Source: Erysipelotrichaceae bacterium (lineage in GTDB: Bacteria > Bacillota_I > Bacilli_A > Erysipelotrichales > Erysipelotrichaceae). From it: DNA of 32,000 nt. The notes beneath the pieces are model-generated. The model had not been told where the DNA came from. It saw only the letters and a program-made list of their open reading frames with translations, and searched no databases. The stretch is taken from assembly GCA_963663995.1 (NCBI GenBank), contig OY760660.1:270001-302000 (forward strand), given 5' to 3'. The first letter of the stretch is position 1. Each line of letters opens with the position of its first letter. The position numbers were made by a program, and so were the translations under genes. This document shows positions 9,137 through 18,062 of the stretch, in pieces.

Positions 9137-9158
9137 ATTTATCCCTCCGATACTTTTA

Positions 9159-9164
9159 ATTATA
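9159..9164 (-). promoter_or_regulatory. Candidate -10 (TATAAT) for lysR
   Basis: Minus strand reads GTGTATAAT, about 20 nt upstream of the GGAGGG SD. Confidence 0.4.
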
Positions 9165-9222
9165 CACGAAAGATATGAAAGTGTATATGTATTATATGAA
9201 AAATGAATTTAAAACACATTAT

Positions 9223-9238
9223 TATATATATATATATA
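9223..9238. repeat. (TA)8 dinucleotide microsatellite in the lysR / HD-GYP divergent intergenic region
   Basis: Direct read: TATATATATATATATA. Confidence 0.95.
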
Positions 9239-9318
9239 ATCCTATAAATAATAAGCGTTTGTATTTGTGTTTTCCTAGTATAATACTTATTATATTCATA
9301 TAGATTAGGATACTGTTT

Positions 9319-10629
9319 ATGGGAAACAACAAAGAAGTAAAAATCAACATCTTATTACGTAAAAGAGAAATCGAGAACATTCGTATTAGTTTACTTGTTC
9401 GTCTTTTTTACATACTAGGAGTTGTTGCAACAGCCGTACTATATCCTCAAGGTACTTACGCAGTTCTCGTAAGCTTTTTAGTCTTAGCCATTAATAGTAT
9501 TTATTTTACTCTTGCTTGGAAGAATATCACTAATCGTAATAATTTAATTAATATTGCGATTTTAGGGGCAGCCATAGACATTACATTTATGTTAGTTATG
9601 CCATGGGTTTGGTATATGGCGGATGGTGGATTTACCTATCCATTAGTGCTCTTAATGAAAAACCCACTTCTATTTGTAAATGTTATGATTTTATTATTAA
9701 TAAATAGTTATTCTCTAAAATCGATAGCGGTTGGAATATATTCAAGTGGAATAGTTATCATCTTATTGATTAATCATATTCTTGTGATGACAAATACGAA
9801 TACAGTTCTTGCCTTAAATCGTGTCGAACATATTCTGTCTTATCAATATGATCCTAATCTTTTCTATATGATGTTATTTGCATTTACAATGTCCTCCATC
9901 GTTATTGCGATAAAACTACGACGTGATGAAAAAGTATTGGTTGAATTTGTTGGTTATGAAGCAGATTTAATAGGTGCTTTAGAAGAGCGTGATGATGCAT
10001 TTTCAAAAATTGAAGATGCTTATATGGAAATCATTGAACGTATCACTAAACTTACTGAATATTATGATGCAGAAACAGGTGAGCATATTCGTCGTACCCG
10101 TGGATATATTGAATTATTCTGTAAAGAACTAGGTTTATCAGACGAAGAAACTAAAAAAATTGCCGATGCAGCACCTTTACATGATATTGGTAAAATTGGT
10201 ATTCCTGATGCGATTCTTCAAAAGAAAGGCCCTTTAGATGCTGAAGAGTGGGAGATTATGAAATCTCATGCATTAATTGGTGCGGGTGCTTTAAGTGAAA
10301 GTGATGTTCCAGTTATTCAAATTGCTTGTCAAATTGCTTTAAGCCATCATGAAAAATATAATGGGAAAGGTTATCCATATGGTTTAAAAGGGGAAGAAAT
10401 ACCTCTAGCCGCTCGAATTATGGCGATCGCCGATGTCTATGATGCTTTAAGAAGTCCAAGACCTTATAAAGAAGGTTTTGATCATAACACAACCTACCAA
10501 ATAATTACGCAAGGTGATGTAAAGACACACCCTGAAGATTTCGATCCAAAGATTCTTAAAATCTTCAAAGAAAATCATAGAAAATTCCAAGAAATATATG
10601 ATCAATATGCCAATCATACAAAACATTAA
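9319..10629 (+). CDS. Membrane-anchored HD-GYP domain protein (putative c-di-GMP phosphodiesterase)
   Basis: 436 aa. About 200 aa of N-terminal hydrophobic helices, then an HD-GYP domain (LHDIGKIGIP, HHEKYNGKGYPYGL, ADVYDAL). Confidence 0.8.
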   Translation: MGNNKEVKINILLRKREIENIRISLLVRLFYILGVVATAVLYPQGTYAVLVSFLVLAINSIYFTLAWKNITNRNNLINIAILGAAIDITFMLVMPWVWYMADGGFTYPLVLLMKNPLLFVNVMILLLINSYSLKSIAVGIYSSGIVIILLINHILVMTNTNTVLALNRVEHILSYQYDPNLFYMMLFAFTMSSIVIAIKLRRDEKVLVEFVGYEADLIGALEERDDAFSKIEDAYMEIIERITKLTEYYDAETGEHIRRTRGYIELFCKELGLSDEETKKIADAAPLHDIGKIGIPDAILQKKGPLDAEEWEIMKSHALIGAGALSESDVPVIQIACQIALSHHEKYNGKGYPYGLKGEEIPLAARIMAIADVYDALRSPRPYKEGFDHNTTYQIITQGDVKTHPEDFDPKILKIFKENHRKFQEIYDQYANHTKH

Positions 10630-10672
10630 CAGCAGGATTTAAACGGGATTATTCATTAAAATGTAAAATTTT

Positions 10673-10701
10673 GAAAAAGTCTGAAAAGACTTTTTCATTT
10701 T
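10673..10701 (+). terminator. Intrinsic terminator after the HD-GYP gene
   Basis: AAAAAGTCT (10674-10682) pairs with AGACTTTTT (10687-10695), loop GAAA, then a T-rich tail. Confidence 0.7.
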
Positions 10702-10750
10702 CATTGTTCTTGGTGTAAAATAGATTTTAAGTTTATGAAAGAAGGAAACT

Positions 10751-11776
10751 ATGATTTACTTTGATAGCGATTATTTAGAGGGGGCTCATCCAAAAATTCT
10801 TGAAAAATTAGTTGAAACTAATCTTTATCAGGAACGAGGGTATGGCTACGATACCTATACACAATCAGCAAAAGAAAAAATACGTTTAGCTTGTCATAAA
10901 CCAGAAGCTGAAATATATTTTCTAGTGGGTGGAACCCAAACCAACTCATTAGTCATTAAATCGTTTTTAATGCCCTATGAAGGAGTTGTTTCACCTGATA
11001 GTGGACATATTGTTGATCATGAAGCTGGGGCGATTGAAGCGACGGGTCATAAAGTTATTACTGTAAAACATTCTCACGGTAAAATAACAGCTGCACAAAT
11101 TAAAAACTATATGGAAAACTTTCGTAAAGATCCATTAAAAGCACATATGGTTCAACCTGGTTTAGTCTATATCTCTCAACCTACAGAATTTGGAACACTT
11201 TACTCTAAATCTGAATTGGAGAATATCTATAAAATGGCACATGTTTATGACTTACCAGTCTACATTGATGGGGCTCGTTTAGGTTATGGCATCATGGCTT
11301 CAACAACTGATGTTGATTTAGATGTTATTTCAAATAACTGTGATGCTTTCTATATTGGTGGAACAAAAATTGGTGCTTTAATTGGTGAAGCTTTGGTATT
11401 CCCACGGCCTGGGCAAATAAAGCATATCTTCACCCATATCAAACAACATGGCGCATTACTTGCGAAAGGACGTGCTTTAGGGATTCAATTTGATACATTA
11501 TTTACTGATAACCTGTACTTTGATATTTCAAGACATGCGATTGTCTTAGCTGAAAAACTTAGACAAGGGTTTAAAGATAAGGGCTATCACTTCTATTTAG
11601 ATTCACCCACAAATCAACAATTTATTATTCTAGATAATTTAAAAATAAGAAAATTACAGAAGGATTTCTCCTTTACTTTATGGAAACCAATTGGCGTTAA
11701 TAAGTGGGTTTGTCGCTTTTGTACTTCTTGGGCGACTACAGAGGATCAAGTTAACCAACTCCTCAATGCGATTTAA
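10751..11776 (+). CDS. Threonine aldolase / beta-eliminating lyase family PLP-dependent enzyme
   Basis: 341 aa. Fold-type I PLP enzyme features and a YIGGTKIGAL lysine motif resembling Firmicute low-specificity threonine aldolases. Confidence 0.65.
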   Translation: MIYFDSDYLEGAHPKILEKLVETNLYQERGYGYDTYTQSAKEKIRLACHKPEAEIYFLVGGTQTNSLVIKSFLMPYEGVVSPDSGHIVDHEAGAIEATGHKVITVKHSHGKITAAQIKNYMENFRKDPLKAHMVQPGLVYISQPTEFGTLYSKSELENIYKMAHVYDLPVYIDGARLGYGIMASTTDVDLDVISNNCDAFYIGGTKIGALIGEALVFPRPGQIKHIFTHIKQHGALLAKGRALGIQFDTLFTDNLYFDISRHAIVLAEKLRQGFKDKGYHFYLDSPTNQQFIILDNLKIRKLQKDFSFTLWKPIGVNKWVCRFCTSWATTEDQVNQLLNAI

Positions 11777-11862
11777 ATAGATTGTTAAGACAATGTAAAG
11801 ATAAGCGATTGGAATGTTATTTCATCGCTTTCTTGTATACTTTCTAACGATAGGAGAGTTTT

Positions 11863-12222
11863 ATGCATCACATTCGAAATTTCATTGGTTACTTCATTGC
11901 TGGGTTTTGTGCCATGTTGTTGTGGCCGATGCTTGCAGATTTTTTAAATATAGGCTTATTTGGAAACTGGATTGCTGCTGTTTTAATTATTGGACCACTT
12001 TGGTTTATCAATCATCATATAGGTTTAATTAAACATCATGAGGAAAGTGCTTTTGTTGATATGGCTATTGGAATTGGGGTCGCTGGTTTATCAAAAGGTT
12101 ATTTCATTGATGGATTAAGTGGCTTATTTGAGTCATTACCAACCCTTATATTGGTAATCTTGGGTGGATCGTTTGGTGGATTCTTGGCTTATATCGTAGA
12201 AAAGAGAAGTAAAATAGCATGA
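11863..12222 (+). CDS. Small 4-TM membrane protein, paralogue A (family not recognised)
   Basis: 119 aa, four hydrophobic segments, AGGAG SD. Shares the motifs (W/F)IAAxLIIGxxWxxNHxxGLI, VDMA and LPxLxxxxLGG with the next ORF. Confidence 0.7.
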   Translation: MHHIRNFIGYFIAGFCAMLLWPMLADFLNIGLFGNWIAAVLIIGPLWFINHHIGLIKHHEESAFVDMAIGIGVAGLSKGYFIDGLSGLFESLPTLILVILGGSFGGFLAYIVEKRSKIA

Positions 12223-12557
12223 CGATTCCACAAGCACTATTTACTTTTATGGGGGCAGCTCTTTTTCCGTTTTTTGTCATTTTATTTTTTGACAAATTTG
12301 TGCATAAATTTGGTGGTATCGGTGGTTTTATAGCAGCAGGTTTAATTATCGGTAATATGTGGTTAGTCAATCATGGCTTTGGTTTAATCACACAAAGTGG
12401 ACCTGTATGGGTTGATATGGCATTTGCAGCAGGTTCTGGTGTATTTGTTTCAACCTTACTCCATCAAGGAAAATTATCAAAAGCACTCCCAAATCTATTT
12501 GTAGCTTTCTTAGGTGGACTTATCGCTGGAGCGATAATATCAATAATTTTAAACTAA
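12219..12557 (+). CDS. Small 4-TM membrane protein, paralogue B
   Basis: 112 aa. Start overlaps the stop of paralogue A (ATGA). Shares the same motifs. Confidence 0.7.
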   Translation: MTIPQALFTFMGAALFPFFVILFFDKFVHKFGGIGGFIAAGLIIGNMWLVNHGFGLITQSGPVWVDMAFAAGSGVFVSTLLHQGKLSKALPNLFVAFLGGLIAGAIISIILN

Positions 12558-12578
12558 CTATCAATTTGATAGTTTTTT
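12556..12578 (+). terminator. Intrinsic terminator after the small-membrane-protein pair
   Basis: AACTATCA (12556-12563) pairs with TGATAGTT (12567-12574), loop ATT, then TTTT. Confidence 0.65.
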
Positions 12579-12580
12579 AT

Positions 12581-12628
12581 TTGACAAGTTTTAATAATTG
12601 TATTAATGTATTAATCAAATAATACAAG
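12581..12628 (+). promoter_or_regulatory. Promoter plus candidate GntR operator for the ytrA-like operon
   Basis: TTGACA (12581-12586), 17-nt spacer, TAATGT (12604-12609). Tandem TGTATTAA x2 (12599-12614). Inverted repeat TTGTATTA (12598-12605) / TAATACAA (12620-12627). Confidence 0.5.
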
Positions 12629-12639
12629 AAAGGAAGAGC

Positions 12640-13017
12640 ATGGAACAATTTAATTCAAATCAACCCATCTACCTTCAAATCGTAGAACGTATTAAAAAAG
12701 AAATCGTCTCTGGCCAACTTAAAGCTGATGAACAATTATCTACGGTTCGCGATCTCGCGCTAAAATATCAAGTTAATCCAAATACGGTACAAAGAGCATT
12801 TAGTGAACTTGAAAGAGATGGTTTAGTGAGAAGTGAAAGAACAGCAGGTCGCTATGTCAGTTCTGATGAAAAATTAATTGATTCACTTAAAAAACAAATG
12901 ATTGAAGAAAAAATAGAAGCGTTTGTACATGAGCTAAATCAACTAAATATTAGTTTAAATGAAAGTCTCGAATATATAAAAATAGCTTATGAGAAGGAGG
13001 AAAACAAAAATGATTGA
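12640..13017 (+). CDS. GntR family regulator, YtrA subfamily (short C-terminal domain)
   Basis: 125 aa. wHTH region PIYLQIVERIKKEIVSGQLKADEQLSTVRDLALKYQVNPNTVQRAFSELERDGLV. Only ~50 aa follow the wHTH. Confidence 0.85.
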   Translation: MEQFNSNQPIYLQIVERIKKEIVSGQLKADEQLSTVRDLALKYQVNPNTVQRAFSELERDGLVRSERTAGRYVSSDEKLIDSLKKQMIEEKIEAFVHELNQLNISLNESLEYIKIAYEKEENKND

Positions 13018-13699
13018 AATTAAGAATTTAAGCAAAAACTACGGTAAAGCAAATGCTTTAAGTAATGTTTCCTTAGACTTAAAAGAAGGTCAAATTATTG
13101 GTCTTCTAGGTCCTAATGGATCTGGTAAGACGACCTTGATAAAAATATTGAATGGTTTACTTAAAGATTATATGGGTGAAGTTAAAATTGATGGACAGGA
13201 GATTGGTGTCTATACTAAAAACATTATTTCCTATCTACCTGATATTAACTATTTTGCAAATTGGATGAATGGTGAAAAAGCGATAGCCTTATTCAAAGAT
13301 ATGTATGCAGATTTTGATGAACTTAAACTTAAAAAATTATTAGATAGTTTAAAGATTGATATCAAACAACCTTTAAAAGAAATGTCTAAAGGGATGAAGG
13401 AGCGTTTTCAATTAGCGCTTGTGATGTCAAGAAATGCGAAAATCTATATTTTAGATGAGCCCATTGGTGGTGTTGATCCAGCGGCACGTGAATTAATTTT
13501 AGATACGATTTTAAGCAATTATAATGAAGGCTCAATTGTCTTGATCTCAACTCATATTATTTCAGAAATTGAAAATATCTTTGACACTGTCATTTTCTTA
13601 AAAGATGGACAAATTAATTTAGTCGGTGAAGTCGAAGATATCCGAAACACTCATCAAAAATCAATTGATGAACTATTTAGAGAGGTGTTCAAATGTTAA
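13010..13699 (+). CDS. ABC transporter ATP-binding protein
   Basis: Walker A GPNGSGKTT, signature-like MSKGMKE, Walker B IYILDEP. ATG 13010 preferred (AAGGAGG SD) over the track start 12989. Overlaps the GntR stop (ATGATTGA). Confidence 0.9.
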   Translation: MIEIKNLSKNYGKANALSNVSLDLKEGQIIGLLGPNGSGKTTLIKILNGLLKDYMGEVKIDGQEIGVYTKNIISYLPDINYFANWMNGEKAIALFKDMYADFDELKLKKLLDSLKIDIKQPLKEMSKGMKERFQLALVMSRNAKIYILDEPIGGVDPAARELILDTILSNYNEGSIVLISTHIISEIENIFDTVIFLKDGQINLVGEVEDIRNTHQKSIDELFREVFKC

Positions 13700-14505
13700 T
13701 CAAACTCATAAAGCACGATATTCTTTCAACTTATCGTCATATCTTACCTGTATATTTAGCAGTGTTAATTGTTGCGTTAGTAGGTGGTATTTCTGCTTAT
13801 TTCAATGATGTAAGTTGGTTAAATGTACTCATTATGGTTTCATTTTTCGCAAGTATGGTTGCTTTGATTGTTTCAATGATTGTGATTGTTAATCAACTTT
13901 TTTATAAACGATTATATACAAGCGAAGGTTATTTAAATTTCACACTTCCAGTTTCTACAACAGAAACATTCTTATCAAAAATTATTACAGCTATGTTTTG
14001 GATGTTTATCAGTATTTTAGTTAGTGTAAGTGGATTCTTAATCTTTGTCTTCATTCTTTCCTTTACAAATGGGGCAATAGAGTTGCGTCAAATGTTTAGT
14101 CAATATGGAGATCAAATCGTATTCTTTATCACAGAAATGTTAAAAATGTCACTCTATTCATTCCCACATTTCGTTGCAGGAACTGCTTATTCATTAACCT
14201 TATTATTATTTGCGATTGTCTTAGCTCAAAGTGCCTATATTCCTAAAGCGAAAGTTGTTGTTGGTATTATCGTTTATATTCTACTTTCTGGTATTATTAG
14301 TAATATCTCTGATAACATCTCAGCTTTTACTTGGATGAGCACTATGATGAACGCTAATACGATATCTACGACCCAATTGTTTAACTTTGATTATCAAATC
14401 TATTGGGATGCCTATTTCTTAAGTATTGCTTTTTATGCGATTATTGCAGCAGCTCTATTCTATGGATCTGTTTGGATCAATGATCGTAAATGTGAATTAG
14501 TCTAA
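13693..14505 (+). CDS. ABC-2-type membrane permease (uncharacterised)
   Basis: 270 aa with about 6 hydrophobic helices. Overlaps the ATPase stop. GAGGTG SD. Confidence 0.65.
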   Translation: MLIKLIKHDILSTYRHILPVYLAVLIVALVGGISAYFNDVSWLNVLIMVSFFASMVALIVSMIVIVNQLFYKRLYTSEGYLNFTLPVSTTETFLSKIITAMFWMFISILVSVSGFLIFVFILSFTNGAIELRQMFSQYGDQIVFFITEMLKMSLYSFPHFVAGTAYSLTLLLFAIVLAQSAYIPKAKVVVGIIVYILLSGIISNISDNISAFTWMSTMMNANTISTTQLFNFDYQIYWDAYFLSIAFYAIIAAALFYGSVWINDRKCELV

Positions 14506-14528
14506 GATCCTTAAAAGGATCTTTTTTT
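14504..14528 (+). terminator. Intrinsic terminator after the ABC operon
   Basis: AAGATCCTT pairs with AAGGATCTT (14504-14523), followed by a T7 run. Confidence 0.75.
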
Positions 14529-14622
14529 GAAAATTTTGCCAAAATAATGAAAAGCTCTATACATTTTTAAACAAAGGATTATAATACATTTCGCTAGGCA
14601 AATTTAAAAAGTAGGTTTGGTT

Positions 14623-15849
14623 ATGATGAGTCGAAATGAGTGGATTTTAATTAGTGTTACAGCTTTGTATATTATGGCATCTACGATGTCATCAGTTTTT
14701 GTTAATGTGTATCTTTATGCCTTTACAGGCTCTCTTTATTCAATGACTGTTTATGCGATGATTCGCTTTTCTTTTTTCCCAATTGGTTTTCTTTTAGGCG
14801 GACGATTATCACGTAAAATATCACTTTCAAGAATTCTAACATTAGGTTTAATCATCATTACAATCGCACTCGCACTACTCTTGTCGATAAATTCTTTATT
14901 TGATCAGTATCCAATATTGATATATTCATTAGGTTTTGTCTTTGGAACAGGAGAAGGCTTATTTTGGTTTTCAACCAACAGTTTAAATATTAGTGCTTCA
15001 ACACCTGACTCGCGTCCAAAATTTATCGGTACTCTTGGTATAAGTAATTCATCAGCGATGGTTATTGCTCCGTTTTTAGCATCATTAATCGTTAGCGTTT
15101 CTCTTACAGATACGATTGGTTATCTTCATATCTTTCAAGTCGTTATTGTAGTGCAATTAATCACCGCAATAATTTCAACACGTATCCAACTGAAAACCGT
15201 TCAAAATCCATATACTTTAAAAGATAAATGGAACTTAAAAATTGATAATCAGTGGCGGTATGTACTGGTATCTCACTTTTTTTTAGGGGTAAGAGACAGT
15301 TTGATTTTAGTTTTATCAGGCTTATTAGTTTATAACGCAACAGGAGGACAAGGTTCACTCTATGGTCAATTATTAACAGTGTTCGCTTTAATAAATGTTG
15401 GCGCGAATTTTGTGGCGGCACGGGTTATTAAACGACAAAATAGAATTAACATGTATATTTTAGGTGCAGTTATTCTATTTACTTCTACGACCGTACTTGT
15501 CTTAGTTCCTAATATTTATGGAGCGATTTATTTTGGAATTATGAATGCTTTAGGTAATCCATTCTTTATCAATCCTTTCCAAATCATTATGATGAATGCG
15601 ATTGGAGATTATAGTTCTAAAGAGAATATCTATGCAAGAATGATTATGAAAGAAATTTTCTTGGATTTAGGTCGTGTTTTAGGAATGAGTTTTATTTTGA
15701 TCTTTGCTTTTATCTTACCTGAATCGATATCACTTATTGTTTCAGTTGTCGTCGCATCAAGTTTCTCGCTTATTTTAGTATCTTATGCTTATTTCTATCA
15801 TCGTAAACGAGACAATGAGAAAAATGCTAATCAAAAAGTATTTGTTTAA
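14623..15849 (+). CDS. MFS-type transporter
   Basis: About 408 aa with about 12 hydrophobic helices. Track start is TTG 14617. ATG 14623 or 14626 is more likely. Confidence 0.65.
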   Translation: MMSRNEWILISVTALYIMASTMSSVFVNVYLYAFTGSLYSMTVYAMIRFSFFPIGFLLGGRLSRKISLSRILTLGLIIITIALALLLSINSLFDQYPILIYSLGFVFGTGEGLFWFSTNSLNISASTPDSRPKFIGTLGISNSSAMVIAPFLASLIVSVSLTDTIGYLHIFQVVIVVQLITAIISTRIQLKTVQNPYTLKDKWNLKIDNQWRYVLVSHFFLGVRDSLILVLSGLLVYNATGGQGSLYGQLLTVFALINVGANFVAARVIKRQNRINMYILGAVILFTSTTVLVLVPNIYGAIYFGIMNALGNPFFINPFQIIMMNAIGDYSSKENIYARMIMKEIFLDLGRVLGMSFILIFAFILPESISLIVSVVVASSFSLILVSYAYFYHRKRDNEKNANQKVFV

Positions 15850-15885
15850 AATACTTAATGTTAAAATTAGTTTATAGAGAATAAT

Positions 15886-16323
15886 ATGAAATCACAAAAT
15901 GTCATAATTCAAAAAGTTTTAAATGATTATAAGAAGGCAGTTGAAGCAAACGATGAAGCATTGCTTTTATCATTATATTGTCATGATGCTCATCTCTATG
16001 ATTGTTGGGATGACTGGGAATTAAGAAGCAATGACGAAATAAAAAAGATGATCAATCTTTGGTTTAGTGGTTTAAATGCTGAAAGAGTACATTTAAAAGT
16101 TGATTTTGAAGATATATCGATTGATCAAGATGAAAGAATATCTAGTCTTCATTGTCTTATCTTATTTGCAGCTTATGATGATAATAATGTCAAATTAAGA
16201 CAAATTAAAAATCGTTTCACCTTTTTATTAAAGCGTGAAGAAAATCAGTGGCGAATTTATCATCAACATTCTTCTTTGCCAATTTCGTCTGAGACAGGGA
16301 AAATGATCCTTTTAACAAAATAA
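15886..16323 (+). CDS. SnoaL-like / NTF2-fold (DUF4440-type) protein
   Basis: 145 aa. The pattern (DAHLYDCWDDWE ... QWRIYHQHSS) resembles NTF2-like small proteins. Weak call. Confidence 0.45.
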   Translation: MKSQNVIIQKVLNDYKKAVEANDEALLLSLYCHDAHLYDCWDDWELRSNDEIKKMINLWFSGLNAERVHLKVDFEDISIDQDERISSLHCLILFAAYDDNNVKLRQIKNRFTFLLKREENQWRIYHQHSSLPISSETGKMILLTK

Positions 16324-16365
16324 AGAGGCTGTAACGAATAAACAGGCTCAAGAATAGAAGTAAAG

Positions 16366-16400
16366 GAAAAGGTCCAGGCATTACGCTTGGACCTTTTCTT
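16366..16400 (+). terminator. Intrinsic terminator at the IS1182 left end, immediately upstream of the transposase -10 box
   Basis: GAAAAGGTCCAGGC (16366-16379) pairs with GCTTGGACCTTTTC (16385-16398, one G.U), loop ATTAC, T-rich tail. Confidence 0.7.
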
Positions 16401-16415
16401 AGATATAATTTAGTC

Positions 16416-17972
16416 ATGGAAAATATAAATATTCGTCATGAGCTAAACCACTACCCGAACACTAGTGATTATAGCTCAACCCAAGTCGTTTTGCCACTTG
16501 ATTGTGGAATTTTAATTGAAACAAATGATCCAGTGATGAGTTTTAATCAAATCATGGATGAAATTAATCTTAAAGTGTTCGTTAAGAGATATACAAAAGG
16601 TCGCCATGATTATGAAGAGATCACATTGATTAAGCTTTTATTGTTTGCTTATATGAATCAGATAACGAGTCTAAGAAAGATTGAATCAGCCTGTAAAACA
16701 GATATTCGATTTATCTGGTTATCAAAAGGGATACGCCCGAGTCATATGACTTTTTATCGCTTGATGAAGGAAAGACTTAAAGGGCGATTTGAAGATTTGT
16801 TTTATGAAATTAATAAAGTGCTTATTCGTAAAGATCACATAGATACCAGTGTTCTCTATATCGATGGAACGAAGTTTGAAGCGAATGCGACGAAGAATAG
16901 TTTTGTTTGGAAGAAAGCAGTGTTGAAGAACCAAAAGAAGTTATTTGAAAAGATTAGTGCTTTTTATAAAACTTATTCATTAGAAACAAAGTCTAGTTAT
17001 CACGCTGATGATTTAAGTGAATTCAAGATGGCTTTATACAATGACTGTTTACTTAAAAAGATTGAGTTTGTCAGTGGTAAAGGACATCCTAAACATCCTT
17101 TACAAAAAGCTTATGAAACAATTAGAGATTATCAAAACAAGTTAATCGAATATGAGATTCATCTACAAATCTGTGGAGATCGAAACAGTTACTCTAAAAC
17201 TGATCATGATGCGACCTTTATGCATATGAAAGAAGACTATTATATGCGAACAGGCATCTTTAAACCTGGCTATAATGTGCAGCTAGGGGTCAGTGATGAA
17301 TATATCATGATGGCTAAAACTTATCCTAACCCAACAGACACGAAAACCTTTATCCCTTTTCTAGAAGCGTATAAGAAAGCTTATGGTCATTATCCTAAGA
17401 CACCCGTCGCAGATGCAGGCTATGGAAGTTATGATAATTATCTCTATTGTGTGACACGCGGTATGGAACTCTTTCAAAAATATAGTCTTTATGAACAGGA
17501 AAAACATGGAGTTAAGAAGAAACAAAAATTTCAATCTAAATCCATGAGACAAGAAGATGGATCCTTTATCTGTCCTGAAGGGAAATCCTTTAACTACGTC
17601 GATTCTCATTTAGATGAAAAAGGTTTATATCCTAAATTGATTCATCATTATCAGTGTATTGATTGTACAGACTGTCCTTTAGCTAAAGACTGTAAGAAAA
17701 GTGAAGCTAATCGACAGTTGAGTATTAATCCTGTTCTCTTAGAACTACAGTCCATCGCTAAAGAAAACTTAGATAGTGAGCGAGGGATACAATTAAGAAT
17801 GAATCGATCTGCACAATCAGAATCAACCTTTGGAATCCTTAAATATAACTGGGGAAAACAAAGATTTACACGTCGTGGTAAAGAAAATGTGGATAACGAG
17901 TTATATTGCCTCTGTATTGGCTATAACTTAATGAAATATCATTCAAGAAAACTAAGACATAAACTCAATTAA
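16416..17972 (+). CDS. IS1182 family (IS5-like DDE) transposase
   Basis: 518 aa. The N-terminal region and the C-terminal motif RSAQSESTFGILKYNWGKQRFTRRG...YNLMKY are typical of IS1182-family transposases. Confidence 0.85.
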   Translation: MENINIRHELNHYPNTSDYSSTQVVLPLDCGILIETNDPVMSFNQIMDEINLKVFVKRYTKGRHDYEEITLIKLLLFAYMNQITSLRKIESACKTDIRFIWLSKGIRPSHMTFYRLMKERLKGRFEDLFYEINKVLIRKDHIDTSVLYIDGTKFEANATKNSFVWKKAVLKNQKKLFEKISAFYKTYSLETKSSYHADDLSEFKMALYNDCLLKKIEFVSGKGHPKHPLQKAYETIRDYQNKLIEYEIHLQICGDRNSYSKTDHDATFMHMKEDYYMRTGIFKPGYNVQLGVSDEYIMMAKTYPNPTDTKTFIPFLEAYKKAYGHYPKTPVADAGYGSYDNYLYCVTRGMELFQKYSLYEQEKHGVKKKQKFQSKSMRQEDGSFICPEGKSFNYVDSHLDEKGLYPKLIHHYQCIDCTDCPLAKDCKKSEANRQLSINPVLLELQSIAKENLDSERGIQLRMNRSAQSESTFGILKYNWGKQRFTRRGKENVDNELYCLCIGYNLMKYHSRKLRHKLN

Positions 17973-18062
17973 ATAGTTATAAAACCTTAAAAGTTCTTTT
18001 TAAGTCGTCTAGTTTTCTAAATTTAATCCAAAAAAATATCAAAACCATCAGATTAAACAAAA

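Noticed and set aside
9175-9303. 42-codon ORF running through the (TA)8 repeat
   Set aside because: No SD and no leaderless-type -10 at the right spacing (TATACA is 8 nt away and lacks the final T). The sequence is low-complexity (YIYIY). It overlaps the likely HD-GYP promoter.
11814-12370. ORFs 11814-12032 (+) and 12146-12370 (-) overlapping the small membrane protein genes
   Set aside because: These are alternative-frame or antisense overlaps of two ORFs that have SDs, a paralogue relationship and TM periodicity. The overlapping ORFs have none of these.
11863-12557. Assigning the tandem 4-TM pair to the paired-SMR (EbrAB-like) or CrcB/Fluc families
   Set aside because: The size and tandem layout fit, but the defining motifs are absent: no membrane-embedded Glu in TM1 for SMR, and no CrcB-type motifs. 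Left as an unassigned family.
15871-15888. SnoaL-like gene (and the LTA-synthase-like gene at 2366) as additional leaderless genes
   Set aside because: Both lack a clear SD, but their upstream -10 candidates are poor or mis-spaced: TATAGA 7 nt before ATG 15886 lacks the invariant final T, and TATCAA lies 9 nt before the minus-strand ATG at 2366. Left ambiguous and not counted in the pattern.
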